A stretch of DNA of 64,000 nucleotides. Origin: Octopus vulgaris. Its lineage: Eukaryota. How positions within the stretch are numbered: the first letter of the stretch is position 1; the number at the start of each line of letters is the position of its first letter. The notes under the pieces are model-generated. The model searched no databases. It worked only from the letters and a program-made list of their open reading frames with translations, and was not told the origin of the DNA. A program made the position numbers and the translations under genes. The stretch spans positions 66,526,001-66,590,000 of the forward strand of contig OX597817.1 of the NCBI GenBank assembly GCA_951406725.2. The letters are read 5' to 3'. Of the stretch, positions 30,096-43,943 are shown piece by piece.

Positions 30096-32787
30096 GCTAT
30101 CGGGGTCACCAAGCCGGCATCTCATCACATATATACGGCTACACGTATATTACTATATATATATCGCTCTTGTTTACATATATATATATATACACGTTTA
30201 CTTCATTTGTAAAGGTTTTATCTGTTTATTTGTGCCCCTATAAAATTACCGGGGTGGGGGGAGACCTCTTTTCTTTTTTCATGGGAGTTAGTAGTCAATA
30301 TTGAACTGTAATTGTAACTTACGGCAATATTGTACCGGGCTATGTTTGTATACAGTAAAGATTTTTCTGTAATGGAGGAAAATCGCTACTTTGGTCGGCG
30401 ATCAAGGAACGGTGTTTGTTGTGAAAACATCCAAAACAAACCGAATCCAAATCAGACTAAATACCAAGAAGAAAATGATGGATAGAAGAACTCTGTGAGA
30501 GAAACTAATGTCTGAACTAAAGGCTGAACGATTTGTAAATTGAGACAGAAAGACAAAAATAAATGAGTGATTTAATATTAGAGGTGGTGTTGTAGGTTGA
30601 CCTAGATGTCGATGGTGGCCAAATAAGAGCTGCTTGTCACTAAAACATACACACACGTATACATCGACAGTTAACAAGTGTGATTTATTAATGACAATCC
30701 CGGTGTTTAGAAATAGTACCAACTTTGTATTATTGTTGTTGGTGTTGGTTGTAGGTGTAGAGAAATAACAACCGGCAAAGAGAACTCACGGATTTCTAGT
30801 GATTTAGGGAGGAACAAACAACTGTCGTTTGTAACACTCGAATTAAAAATAGGATCAAAACAATACCCTTAGAAAGAAATACTGTTATTATAAAAATAAT
30901 AAATGATAATAATCATCAAAATAAAATGAGTTTTTTTTTATGCCACAAGTTAAGATCCGATATATATGAAATATATTTAGCGAAGCGATGTGTGTAAAAA
31001 CTTAAAATTAAATGTTTGTTTTAATAACGACGACACTGTTGCGTTGATAGGTGTAGAATAACAAACTCAATATCAGCAGTGTAAAAGAGAACAGTACCGT
31101 ATTTAGAAATGTATATACCTGATAAATAATCTCAAAGCTTAATGATTACAAGACGTAGTGTTTATACAATATCCAGTGTGAACGAAAAAATATATTCCAA
31201 GTCCTGGTTAAAATGTGGAGCAATTAAAATACGCTTGAAAAAAAAAATGTTTGTGTATATTTATCGATTGTTATTGAACTTATTGTCAAATTCTGAATAT
31301 TTTCCAATTCTCCGAGCATTATATCTGAGTAAATTGGGTTGCGTTACATTTTTATTTACTGTTTTTGTTTTTCGGTTGGTTACAACGTATAATTTGTTGT
31401 TTTGTTGGGATCTTTTAACCATACATAAATCATTGAACATCAATAAACATTATCTTGTTTCTCATTGGTAAAATATGGGGTCAGTGCAATTGAGGGCTAG
31501 AAATGACGCCTCAACAGTCTTTACGACTGCTATGTTATTGCCAAAGTTATCATCCGGTGGACTTGGTGATGCAAGCATAAATATAACATATTTTTACTCC
31601 AGTCGTTTTCAAAATATTTTAAATATCCATTCGACAAACTCTTACTTTTTTGCTTTAATTAACTCATATTTTTGGGTCTCAGTTAATGTAAGTCAAAGGT
31701 TTTGTATTAAATAATAGTCAGGAAATTCAACCGGCTTTTTTTCAGTATCTCTTGCTCAGTAAACAAACTGTAGCTGTTGACTAATTGCTATGTTTTTGGT
31801 GGATCTATCGTCTTTACTTACTCCCTGACACTTTTTTTTCAACTCGGCTTTCTGATGTTCCAAGCAGTATTTTAGAAAGCGCAAAAATGCTTACAACATA
31901 TATTTACATGCCAAATTCCTATCTAAATTCAGCAAATCAATTTACTCTGCATGAAAATAAAACATCAAATATTTGTTTTCGAGTAATGAAGTGTATGGTA
32001 AATACGCTTGCATACAGGTTGCCGGTTTTATTGGAAATTGCGTAACTCATGAAGTTCGGCAAAAAATATTCATATTGTAAAATGATTGAGTTAGTATCAT
32101 AATTTATTAACTCTTATAAAAAATATATTAGCCTCAAAAAATTAAATTATTATTATTATTATTGTTTAGATTGGGAAAGTGACCTTCAGCAATAACAGTA
32201 GCATTATCTGGGACAATTACTGGAACAGCCAGCTTGTTTATTACAGTCGAGTGTACAGATATTTACTGATAACTCCACACAACACTCTCTTTCTCTTTCT
32301 GCCTCGGAGTATTATATATGGAGGGAGACAGAGAAATCAACTTCATTCTGCTTATAATTCTAAGCGAGAAGTTAAAATAGTTGTGGTGTGAGTAACATAA
32401 TGCAAGGGAGAGTGTCCGGTACGGGGTAAGAATGGGAGAGGAATGACGAAGTATTCACGTGTCAAAGAAGAAAACTAGAAGGCAGCCCTCCTACTTTAAA
32501 TATTAAGCCAAAACGATAGAAAATGTAATTTATCTTTAAAGCGAAAAGCGTTCATCAAAACACTGAGAGAGTGAGTGAGTGTTTGTGAATGGATGAAGGA
32601 GTAATTAAAGAGTACGCATGTGTGATCGGTGAGTAAGCTTAAGGTGCCTGAAAAGCACCGTAAAACATACATCCTACAAGAAGCCTATTTCCTCTGTGAA
32701 AACAAAATATATATGGTGGTCGAGAAGTGAAACGAATCGGAGTGCCAGTTACTCATAAACATTCCAGGGAAAATAGCATATGGCAAG

Positions 32788-32920
32788 ATGGTGGTGCTAT
32801 TAGGAAGTCCTGATTTTTCTATAGAAACTTCGGTACATTCGCCCGTGGCGTTCGCCTATTCCCTGTCAATTTTGTATCTTGTTTCCAGCTTTATTAGTGT
32901 GTTATCAGATGGTTTGCAAG
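32788..32920 (+). CDS. Exon 1 of a CULT-domain (cereblon-like) protein: hydrophobic signal peptide/anchor
   Basis: AAGATGG start; open frame MVVLLGSPDFSIETSVHSPVAFAYSLSILYLVSSFISVLSDGLQ; phase-1 donor CAAG/GTAAAT joins in frame to the exon at 36271. Confidence 0.62.
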
Positions 32921-33685
32921 GTAAATAAAAAAAACCTCTAGCCAGTTCCTCGTTTGACAGCTTTGGAACTTTCCTAAGCGGCTGCCCCGTGTTTAACATT
33001 GTCAGACATAACACTACATATTTAGAATAATTCCTTGAACCCATTACCAAAATTCTATACCTCATATGTCGTTATATATATATATATTTATATATACACA
33101 CTATGGTGATTTCAGTGATGCACGTCGTTTTTGTAAACGTGTACAATGTATAATATAAGTCCTTTTATGGTTATTTTTGTAACAAATTTTAATGCTCGCC
33201 GTCTAATATTGGCTGAAGGTGTTTATCTTTATTATACACGCTAACAATTATACTTACTTATACTTAACGAAGTTTTTTTTTTTTTTCAAGAAAGTATTCA
33301 TAATTACTAACAATCAATAAAATATGCATCGTTTGACATACGCTTGTTAAGTACCTCATGTAAGCATCGTGAACGAACATTTCTTCTTTAAACTACTTAC
33401 GAAAAACAGAAAAATTCTTTGAGTATAAATCTATTTAGTAATTTCAACAAATTTCGAATGAACCTTCATAAATTTTGTTTCGCTCAACTCCAGTAATCTA
33501 AGTTTTCCATTACTGTCGGGACATATTTTTAAGAGTAGCTCTTCCCTTTTACTATTTCTGTATTCGTGTTTTTTCATATATATATAAATCGGCTTCTCAC
33601 CGGCTTTAATTTATTCAGTTGTTTTTTATTCTTGTTTCGTTTTTTAATTAATTTCTTCGAAACCGTTACTTTCACATACATATGT

Positions 33686-33733
<48 letters not shown>

Positions 33734-36270
33734 CGCACTTAAAAACAAAGAAAACGAGAAGGTACAATCTAACCCGAAGTACTCAATGTACATAAAATGG
33801 ATATAATCTTTTATTAAAATAACTCACACAAGACTAGTCCTGTTGTCTTCAATTTAGAATTTTGTTACATGAATTCTAAAGTATAAAGGAAGAAGACCTA
33901 GTTCTGTAAATCATTCATGTTTATATATGTATATATATACATGCACTTTTTCGTTGGGGCCGAATTAACATTAAGTAAAAAGAAAAAGGAAAAAAATGCA
34001 CGTGCAAAGGGTGTAAATAGAAAGGGACACCAGTTATTTTCCCAGTGCCTAATTGACCACAACTATAAATATTTCTTAATAAAAAGTTACAGATTTTTAT
34101 ATCTTTTTCCTGCTGTCCTAGTTACGAATAAATAATTTGCTTACATAGCTAACAGCTATTCTTAATATAGTTATAGTGGAGAGGTCTTGCGTTGAAGAAA
34201 ACTGAATTATTAATCCATTATTTCACATTCAGCACCCTTCAGAGAATTGAAGGGTCGAGGAGGAACTATACTGTTGGGCTGTGCTTAGGGCATAGGTTGG
34301 CCTTAATCTGGCATTGTTGTATACATACATGTATGTATGTGTGTGTATATATATATATATATATATCAAAACTATGTATATGTATTTTTTTTCTATGTAT
34401 AAGTGTGTATATATGTTTATGTATGTATATGTATCTATGTATGTATGTGTTTATATATTTACATGTTTATTATATATATATTTGAGTATTTTCGATGAAC
34501 ATTTTGAATTGTGAATATATTTAATATACATTGTGTAATTTGTTATTTGTATCAAGAATTATTTTTACTCTAAAAATGTTTTTAATATATACTTCAAATA
34601 TAGCTATTTGATACATTATCAAACATCTTAATTCTTGCTTATAATCTAAGAATTTGAAACAGCTGATCACCTATCTTATTCCTTGTGTCAATTGACAGAC
34701 TTTGAATTGAGTATTTCAATGCTAATTTCCTTCTAGACGCAGTCCTATTATATATTGACATCTAATTAAGAAATAATCGGAGTATTGATACAAAAATCTT
34801 TAATCTGTAGAAGAATTGTTTTGACAACTATGAAATTCTGTTTGCCAAAATTGTGCCTATTAATGGAACATGACATTGTGATCAGCCAGACATTAAACTT
34901 ATATCTACCACTGTTTATTAGATAGACAAAAAGTCTATGAGTACTAGAATGAAGAGAATTAGCTTACTGGGTAAATAAATTAGCTGTTAATTCTAATAGT
35001 TCACATGAAAGCTCAGTAGTGTTGCTGAACTGGGTATTAGGGAGCAAAATGTAACTCAATCAATACAAATTAATTAGAAGAGGCAAAATTCTTAATGTAC
35101 TAGTATCGTTCACACTCAAATTTGAGGGGTAAGTGAAAGCATAAATATTTAGCATTATAAGTATTGAAGTCATATGTTTTAATTATTAAGTTTTCATCAA
35201 AAGGTATATACTATAATCTTTCCACTTTTTTTCTCTATCTTTTCCTCTCTTTCTCTCCTAATCCTCTCCCCCCTCTGCTGATATGATAAAGCACTGGTTG
35301 ATATAGCATTGGATTTAAAACCTTAAGGAAGTTATACACATTCCAGGTGTCTTTTCCTCTTATTTTTATTTCCTCCTTCAGACATCAATATAAAGCTACT
35401 AATGTAAAAAAAAATAAGGTATTAAAGTAACTAGGGTTAAGACTGATTTTAACCTCATCTCCAGTGAAAATAAAAAATATGAACAATTTTGAGGGTTAAC
35501 AATTTTTCTCATCCAACTTTTAGATTAGATAGAAGTGGGATGTGTAAAGTGGAGCCAAATTACATAAACAGGAATTACATAAGCAGGAATTAAAATTATT
35601 TCCAATGTGACACACTAAGGGATTTCCTCTTCTATAGTACTCACCACTGCAGGGTTTTTTTTTTTTTTTTTTTTTGTTATTTTTGTTGCTGATAGTGCCA
35701 AGTCATCCCCAATTAAGCAGACCTTTCAATAAAGTGTTGTAACTATAACCATACTGTCCTTCCTTCAGACATAATTTACCCAGGACTATAATATCCTATT
35801 TATCCTTTGTTTCTTAAGATGGCAAAAGTGTAATTGTAGGAAGATTTAGCTGCTATTTCTTAAATAAATTAAAAAAATATATATTTGTGATACTTATACT
35901 ATTGAACTTCATTCAAGGAACAAAACAAAATTAGGACTTAATCCAGTGTCTTATGTTGTTACTGTCTTCATTGCCCTTGACTCTACAGTTGGTCATCAAA
36001 AAGATAAATTAAATAGAAAAATTTCATGAAATTTTAAATAAATTTAGCTGTTTACCTCAAGCAGGTTCCCTTTCATATCAGGTAAAATTTGATCATCCAA
36101 AGTATATGTCAGAATAATGCTTTCTCTTGTAATATCTTCACTTAAATGATACATTAGATTCTACAGATATTTATTATATCTGTATCATATCAAAAAAAAA
36201 AAAAAGAAAATCTGCATAAAATAGTTTCAAAAGAATTTTAAAACTATTTTTGTCTTTTTTCTTCTTGTAG

Positions 36271-36420
36271 CTTCACATCTGATATGTCGCCAATGTGGTC
36301 ATGAAGTAGCTCACACTGATGATCTGGTTCATATACCAAGTAGCTTAGCCCTTCGACAGAGAAACGATACAATTCAAAGCAAAGATAAAACAATTGTTCA
36401 GCTCTTCCAAAATCCTGAAG
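36271..36420 (+). CDS. Exon 2 of a CULT-domain (cereblon thalidomide-binding/yippee-like beta-tent) protein
   Basis: Polypyrimidine TTTTTTCTTCTTGTAG acceptor and GAAG/GTAACA donor; 150 nt, phase 1-1; encodes (A)SHLICRQCGHEVAHTDDL..RNDTI..VQLFQNPE(G), with the CxxC zinc ligands and F.NP.G motif of CULT domains. Confidence 0.82.
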
Positions 36421-37440
36421 GTAACAATTCTTTTAGTTAAATGCTATGTAAGAGGAGGACAATCACAGATTAGTTGAGATAACAAATGACTAAAATGATA
36501 TTGTTGTACCTTATTACAGACTTTACACAAATCAATCTGATGCTCATATCAATCATTTGTTGAAATATGTTTCTGATAGCCTTATTTAGAAAGAATGACT
36601 TCTCAGTCAGTAGTCTATAGATTATTTTAATGTTCTGATAATGTTACTTCTATAAAAAAAAAAAAAGAAGTTAAAATTTATAGATTTTAATTTCTAAAAA
36701 TATCATGAAACAAAGTTGCTGCTGATAGAAAACCTGATTTCTTATGTTAGAAAATGTGGACTCTAATGAAAGATATGTAAATTACAGCATATAACAAATA
36801 AGATTTTAATATAATCTTTCATAGTTTGGCTTTAGCACTAAGAGTTTCCACAGCTATTACACTGACTATAGATAGCTGAATGGATAAGTTAGCAGATAAC
36901 CAGCTGAAAAGTTGTTGGTTCATGCATTGTCAGTAGCACTACGTTCTGTTCATAGCTAGGAGACTTGGAAACTACTCTGATTCAATCATCCCAAGAATTA
37001 TATGAAAACTAATTTTTCAGTACCTCACAAAAAACAGAGTTACGGGTCTCTCTGATGATGATAGTGGTCATGTGACAATTCTTGTTGAATGATGTCCTTG
37101 TGATTATGATTAATAGATTTTCTTTTATCAGGCCTGCCATCTGTTTTGAGAATTAGAAATCTTTTGTATGGTATTTCATGGTCTTAGATTCATGTTGTCC
37201 AAATTTAGAGAGGATCCTCCTTTTTCTGTCTTGAGGCTACAAGTCCATTAGGTTGAAGCTTATCCCAATTCTCATCTCAGTGACTGGATGTATAAGACTT
37301 CTCACTGAATAGGATGCTAGTCCATGGCAAGGTTAACCCCAACCTGCCCCATGCTGTTGGTGATATTAATTTTCAGCTGAGTGGAGTTGAGAAACATGAT
37401 CTGAGAATCAAAGCCATAACTTGATAATCATGAGCTCAAC

Positions 37441-37667
37441 CTATTCCTTTACTACCCACAAGGAGCTAAACACAGAGGGGACAAACAAGGACAGACAGAC
37501 GGATTAAGTCGATTATATTGAACCCAGTGCATAACTGGTACTTAATTCATCCCCAAAAGGATGAAAGGCAAAGTCGACATCAGCGGAATTTGAAGTCAGA
37601 ACGTAACGGCAGATGAAATATGGCTACGCATTTCACCCGGTGTGCTAACATTTCTACCAGCTCACCG
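37441..37667 (-). mobile_element. tRNA-derived SINE (family C); degenerate copies at ~16850-16990, 20440-20800, 22250-22740, 23200-23420, 27830-27950, 48290-48740 (-) and 14260-14390, 24320-24440 (+)
   Basis: Minus reading GGTGAGCTGGTAGAAATGTTAGCAC..GACTTCAAATTCCGC..GTCGACTTTGCCTTTCATCCTTT..AAGTACCAG recurs many times. Confidence 0.78.
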
Positions 37668-37729
37668 TTTCGCAGCTCAACCACTGCGCTATCTACCTTC
37701 ATCTAGAGTGGATGAGGAATAAAATTCTT

Positions 37730-38310
37730 TCTTTAGCATAAAACAATGACTGTGAAGGCTTATATTATCTGTATAGCAGTGAGCATTGTTAGAGATAACT
37801 ACAAGCAGGTTGATAATGTACAGTAAGAAGAATGGGGACATGATCAAACTTTCAGACAAACTAGAGTTGATAGTGTGAACCAGAGAGAGTCCTGAAAGTA
37901 TGCACTGTGATGGTGCAATTTGTCTGAAAGCTTCTAATCCAAGCGTTGAGAGGCAGATAAAGCCCATATGTGGATGGCTTAGCTTGAACATTCTTATACC
38001 AGACATGATCAATAGCTTTGATGTCAAATGCAACAGATTTTTTGGAGAACTGCTAGCACACTGGTGGGTGGCATTTTTTTGGAGTTGCACTTTATTTATA
38101 GTTTATATTTCTTGTGAGGAAAGGGGGCAGCAAACTCAAAGACCACTCCAGATACCACAAACTCTAGCTGCTCTCTGACAGATTTGTGGTCAAGCCTGTA
38201 GCAGTGGAGTCCTCCAGCATCCTCAAACCCCAGACCACATCCCTGCACACTGCTTTTGAGGCAGCAATGGTTATCCACAATTGTGAGCACTTCTCTCCCA
38301 CCATTCTCTG
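37730..38310 (-). pseudogene. Degenerate LINE RT fragment (CR1/Jockey group)
   Basis: Frameshifted minus-strand remnants AFDIKAIDHVWY, SPFFLLYIINL and HCYTDN (RT motifs A, B and C). Confidence 0.5.
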
Positions 38311-41300
38311 AGGAATGTCTTTTTCCATTTTAGGTATTACTTATTGTTCTATTTAACCAATTATAATTTAATGAAATGGAAAATAAACCAAAAACATTTT
38401 ATTCCATGATACACTTGAGATGCAGAAAGTAGGATGACTGGTTGATAACAGGTTACAGAAGTTGCTTTTCGTCAGTAGTATGCTTCCAAAGATCAAGATA
38501 TATCCCTGAAGAAAAAGAATGAAGATTTTGGTAAGGACAGCTGCTAATTCAGGAGTATACTTGAGAAATGTTGCTAGACTGGTGACGTTGTTGTTCTGAA
38601 GGGATTGCTATTGTTGTGAAATCCATAGTCAGTTCTGATTGAGCAAATCTATGATCAAAAGCATTCCAGCCATGACCATCTCGTTTTTTTTCTGTGTAGG
38701 AAACTCAGGACTACATAGTTCAATGTATCCTTTCTTAAGAAGGCGGGGCAAGGAATATTTTGATACTATTTCTTTGTTGGTTTTTGATTGTAAGAGTTTT
38801 CATTTAATATGTCTATGTGTATGTAATGGGTGAGATGGAAATTATGGAAGTATTTTGTTGAATGTGTGGAAGCTTTCTCCCCAAGGAGTACTACTTACAG
38901 TGCCTTTTTAACTGAGGAAACAGAGCTTGCTAGCTGTGCATTGCATGAAGGCATCACTTGCTTTTTGGATGTTAGTTTAGACATAAGTCAGCTCTTAGTG
39001 AGAAGAGCTATGATCAAGGGCATTCCAATCATAATCTTCCTGTTTTTGTTTAAAGCATAGTGTATGCATGACTACATCATCTGTCTCTTATAATGTGGTA
39101 GGATGTGATTTGCAAGAGATTTAGTAGTTATTTCTAGCAGGTCGAGTAAAACACATAAGGGTCCCTTACTTTGGCATGTGACATGTAGGAGTACTGGTAG
39201 TCAGAAAAAGAACAATGTTGGTAGAAGTGGGTGAATGTCTCAAGTTATTGAAGGCTGTATTCTTTATCTGCACTGTTACAGTGCAGCTGTATGTGAATCC
39301 ATTTGTGATCTAGATTTATAAGGGCTGACTGCATATGTGATATGAAGTGGCATGATTAAATGGATGAGTTCAGCAACCTGTTTAAGCATCTCAGATGGGT
39401 TAGAGGTGAAACACATTTGTTGCTAAGGATAGATAGCATAAAACTAATGGAGTTCTAATCAGTTAGTTAACATTAAGTATCATAGCGTTGCATTATATAC
39501 AAATATGAGGGGTGACAGTGGCCTCAATTATGCAGTTGTTGGACAGTTTGATATATGCAGAGATGATAGTACTTTGGAAAGCCCAGATTCCTGATTCATG
39601 AATTGTTTGTAACTACTACTTCTATTTTTATAAGAAGCCCCAGCTGTATATTAGTTTCTGCATGTGGGTCTCCTCTTAAAATCTTGTGCTTATTGAGCCA
39701 CTAGCCATAAAGTAGTTGAAGACAGAAATATGTGCCAGCTGATAAGGCAGTCTCCCAAGGTTTAACACAAGGTGGGTGTCCTACCTGCCATCAAGATTCT
39801 GCTGAGAAACTTTTTTACCTTTACTCTCTGACAGATAGTGGCACCATATAAAGTACAAAGGGAATTAGCACATCAAGAAACTTGATCAAAAGTTTGGTCA
39901 AATGCAAGCACAAAAGTCCAGGGGAAGCATTAAAATGAGTGCTGCATTGAGCTTACCCATGGGTACTGTGTTGAGTGGTATTATCTTATCATGGCACCAG
40001 TTGTATTACTATTTAAAGTATGAAGTGACTTCGGTTACAAGACAAAGTGTCTTTACCCTGGCTATCAGAGCTACATCTCTTCTAAGTTAGTTCACTTACA
40101 GGAAACTGCTAGCTTGCAAGGCTACTGAGTAGATACACAGAAATACAGAGAGAGAAATAGAGAGACAGAGATTTACAACTAGCATAATTTCATTGCTTGT
40201 TACATGCTTTTGCTAATTGTTTTTGATGCCTATTTAGTTGTGAACAAACATACACTCTCTCAGCCCTCCCAACTTTGACCCTTATAACAGCTGGAAGGAG
40301 AGAGGGCTGCACTAGAACCTAGCTGGCAGTCATTCACAGCTGTGAAATCTGAAGTAATATGAAATGAAGTGCCTTTTTCAAGGACAAAATACACTGTCCG
40401 GTCCAGGAAGCTATAACTTTGTGACCATGAATTGAACACCTTAACCACTCATCCATAAAAGTCTTTGGATACATTAAAAGACCCAATAAAGGCCTATCTA
40501 AAGTATATCTTGAGAGACAGATTGAAAGAAACTGTGTGGCAACCTAAATGTAAGTAAGGCTCAGCATTTTGAGATCAGCCTTCAGTACTTCATTTCATGT
40601 CTTCCTGGGTCAATCTCTTCCACAACTTCCTTCTACTTCAATAACTGGGCCACATTAAACTTTATCAGATTAGACAGGGTTAAATGGAGAAAATTTCCAT
40701 GTGTCATTACAGTCTGCAAATTTGCAGAGAAGTGAAATGTATTGATCAATATTATATACATAAACATTTGAATTTTGTCTTTGTATAAAGATATGATTTA
40801 TGTAATAATTATAATGATAATAGTAATAATTAAGAGATTCTGCCAAACATCTGTATATCATTAAACATCTAAATACCTGAGGTGAATTATTGTTAAGAAG
40901 ATTACAGTTTTGTGGACAATTAAACCTCATCTTTAAAGTGTATATGTAGAATATTTATAGCAATACTTGTTTCCATTGGTTTAGTCTTGGATAGTCATCA
41001 AATTTCTTATTCACAGCTGTAGCAAGTAGCCTGCGAATGTAGATATCGTAATCTCTTGTTTATAAATAATGGCTCCTGGTTTGAATCAAGTTTTGGACCA
41101 TGTATATATACAGAAGATAAAAAAAACTCTTGATGAAATCAAAGACAAAACCAATCAAAATATAGTGTGTGTTTGTGTAGTTGGCATTAGGAAGGGCATC
41201 CAGCTGTAGAAACTCTGCCAGATCAGATTGGAGTCTGGTGCAGCCATCTGGTTCACCAGATCTCAGTCAAATCGTCCAACCCATGCTAGCATGAAAAGTG

Positions 41301-41473
41301 GACGTTAAACGATGATGATAGGAACAGGTGTGGCTATGTGGTTAAGAAGTTTATTTCTCAACCATGTGGTTACAGGTGAGGGCATCTGGCTGTTGAATTC
41401 TGTCTGACCCATGCAAGCATGGAAAAATGGGCATTAGATGATGATAATGAATAATATGTGTGTGTGTGTGTAT

Positions 41474-42447
41474 AATAATAATAATGAAATTATTGTGTAC
41501 AGTGCTCAGGTGTGCTACAACTCATCAAAGGTACATGTATAGTATTTAGAATTATGTACAAACATCAGGAAAGTGAACAGTGTATGAGTCATGATATACA
41601 TGTGTGCATGCATATGGAGGTAGGGATATCAGGTGTAGTGTTGGCAAATTTCAGGAAGCATGGAGGTTTTAGAACATGCAATGTCTCAGCAGCTAACAAC
41701 TGATGCAGGTAGTTTGTTCCATGCTTCAGCAACTCTGAGTGTGAAAAAATGTTTCTGGAAGCCATGCGTGCTTTGCTGTTTTCTGACTTTATTGGCATTC
41801 CCATGTGTGTTAGACACATGGACCTCAAAAATGTGCTCAAGGTGGTTGTTGGCATGATGGTTAATAATTTTGTGGGTATTTACCAAGTCAGTTGCCAGAC
41901 GTCAGAGCTTTAATGTATTTATGCCCAGGGAAACAAGGCATTCAGAATATGGTAGATGCCTGATGGAAGGTATTCACTTGGTTACATGTCTCTGAACAGT
42001 TTCCAGGAGGTCAGTGTCCTGAGCAAGAAAGGTGATGCAAATTCCAAGTGTGGCTGCACAATAGCCATATATAGCCTTAAATAGATAGCTGGAGAGTCGC
42101 TGACAAAGGTCTTGCTGAATGATGCCAAGACATCCTCAGCTTTCTTGACAATTTTAGAGATGTGCTTTGTCCAGTGCAAATTGCTGCTGACTAATGCCTA
42201 GGTCACATTCACAAGAAGACTTCTTGATATCAGTGTTGTGGAGAGAGTATGTGGATGCTGGGTTTTCCCTCCCCAAATGTATGGTGGTACACTTATCCAC
42301 GGTCAGCTTGAGTTATCAGTCTGTGATCCATTGTTGCATTGTGTCCAGATCCGATTGCAGGAAAGATCTATAGTGTTCAGGATCTGTCCTGTTTATCTCA
42401 AGGTACAGCTTGATGTCATCTGCATATTTCAGCACTGCGACATTCTT
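41474..42447 (-). mobile_element. Degenerate CR1/Crack-like LINE 3' fragment
   Basis: YADDIKLY near 42420; YLRLYMAIVQPHLEFAS; HFFTLRVAEAWNKLPASVV; (ATT)n tail. Confidence 0.8.
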
Positions 42448-42504
42448 TAAGTTATGTATGTATGTATGCACTTATGTATGTAATTATGTAGGTATAATCA
42501 ATCA

Positions 42505-43899
42505 TCATCATCATCATTTATTGTCAGTTTTCCCTGCTGACATGGGTTGGGCAGCTTGACAGAAGCTAGCAAGGCCAGGAGCCACTCCAGGTTCCATAGT
42601 CTGTTTGGCATGGTTTCTACAGCTGGATGCCCTTCCTAATGCCAACCACTTTACAGAGTGTACTGGGTGCTTTTTACATGGTATCAGCACCAGTGCTTTT
42701 CTCACGGCATCAGCACTTTGGTTTAAGATATCAATTCTGTTGTGGTAGGCAGATCTTCTTGAGTACAGCAATGTGCTACATATTCCAGTCCTTTGTCATT
42801 TCCTTGTTTTGGTTCAGTTTTTTGAGATCAGCTTTCAGCACTTCATCCCATGTCTTCCTGGGTCTCCCTCTTTCACAACTTCCCTCCACTTTAAGTGATC
42901 AGCACTTCTTTATGCAATTGCTCTCATCCAGCTGCATCTCATGACCAAACCAGCTCAGTCTTCTCTCTTGCATATTGCACCTAATCCCTTTTATGCCTAA
43001 TTTTTCTTTCAATATACTAGTGCTCTATCACACATGCACACTGACATTGCACATACAGCAGATAATACCAGCTTCATTCCTCTCTAGTATTTGCATGACC
43101 TCTGCATTCAGGGCCAACATCTCACTACCATGTAGCATTGCAGTTAGCATACATACATCATACTATATTCCTTTCACTCGGACAGAGAAAACTTTCATTG
43201 CCAATGGAAGTAAAAGCTTTCTGAACTTTTTCCATCCTATTCTTATTCTAACAATTACACACTTTTGGTACATCCTCCTCCACTGCTAAATAGGTCACAT
43301 AGGTAGCAGAAATTGTCTACTGTTTCCAGAGAGCCTCCGGGATATTTGAGGAAATCAGTTTTCCATGTATCTGTAGTCCTTATGGCTCCTGTACATCTTC
43401 CACTTACAAACACTACTTTCTCTGTTAACCTTCCAACTATTCCATACACCTCTTGTATGTCTGTAGTTTGTACTGGGTACACCAAATGGAATTTCTCTCT
43501 ACACTTTTCCTACATATTGAGTGGGGTCATTTATCTGAAATGAGTAGGGCCCTGTTTGATTTCTTGCTTACTAGAATGTTGATCTTTGCTAACTTAACTT
43601 TAAGACCTTTTAATTCCAGGTTTTGCTTCCACACCTGGAATGTATTTTCTAATTCTGTTACAGATTCTACTATGAGGGCAAGATCATCAGCATATAGTAG
43701 TTCCCATGGGTTACCAGTCCTAAATTTCTCTGTTATAGACTGGAGGACAATGATGAATAGGAGGGGGCTGAGAACCAAACCTTGGTGAACACCTACCTGT
43801 ACATTAAATTTGTCGCTGTACTCATGACTAACTCTTACGTTACTAACAGCACCTCTGTACCTGACCTGCACTACTTTCACAAGCTATTCACCTACCTCT
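42505..43899 (-). mobile_element. Degenerate RTE-clade LINE with deletions and an (ATG)n tail
   Basis: VGVHQGLVLSPLLFIIVL..PWELLYADDL (43527-43880); LETVDNFCYL; tail GGCATTAGGAAGGGCATCCAGCTGTAGAAAC..GATGATGAT. Confidence 0.85.
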
Positions 43900-43900
43900 A

Positions 43901-43943
<43 letters not shown>

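Noticed and set aside
29975-30304. ORF with signal-peptide-like MSALLALLLVSFS as exon 1 of the CULT gene
   Set aside because: No convincing phase-compatible donor; it overlaps promoter-type motifs; 32788-32920 fits better.
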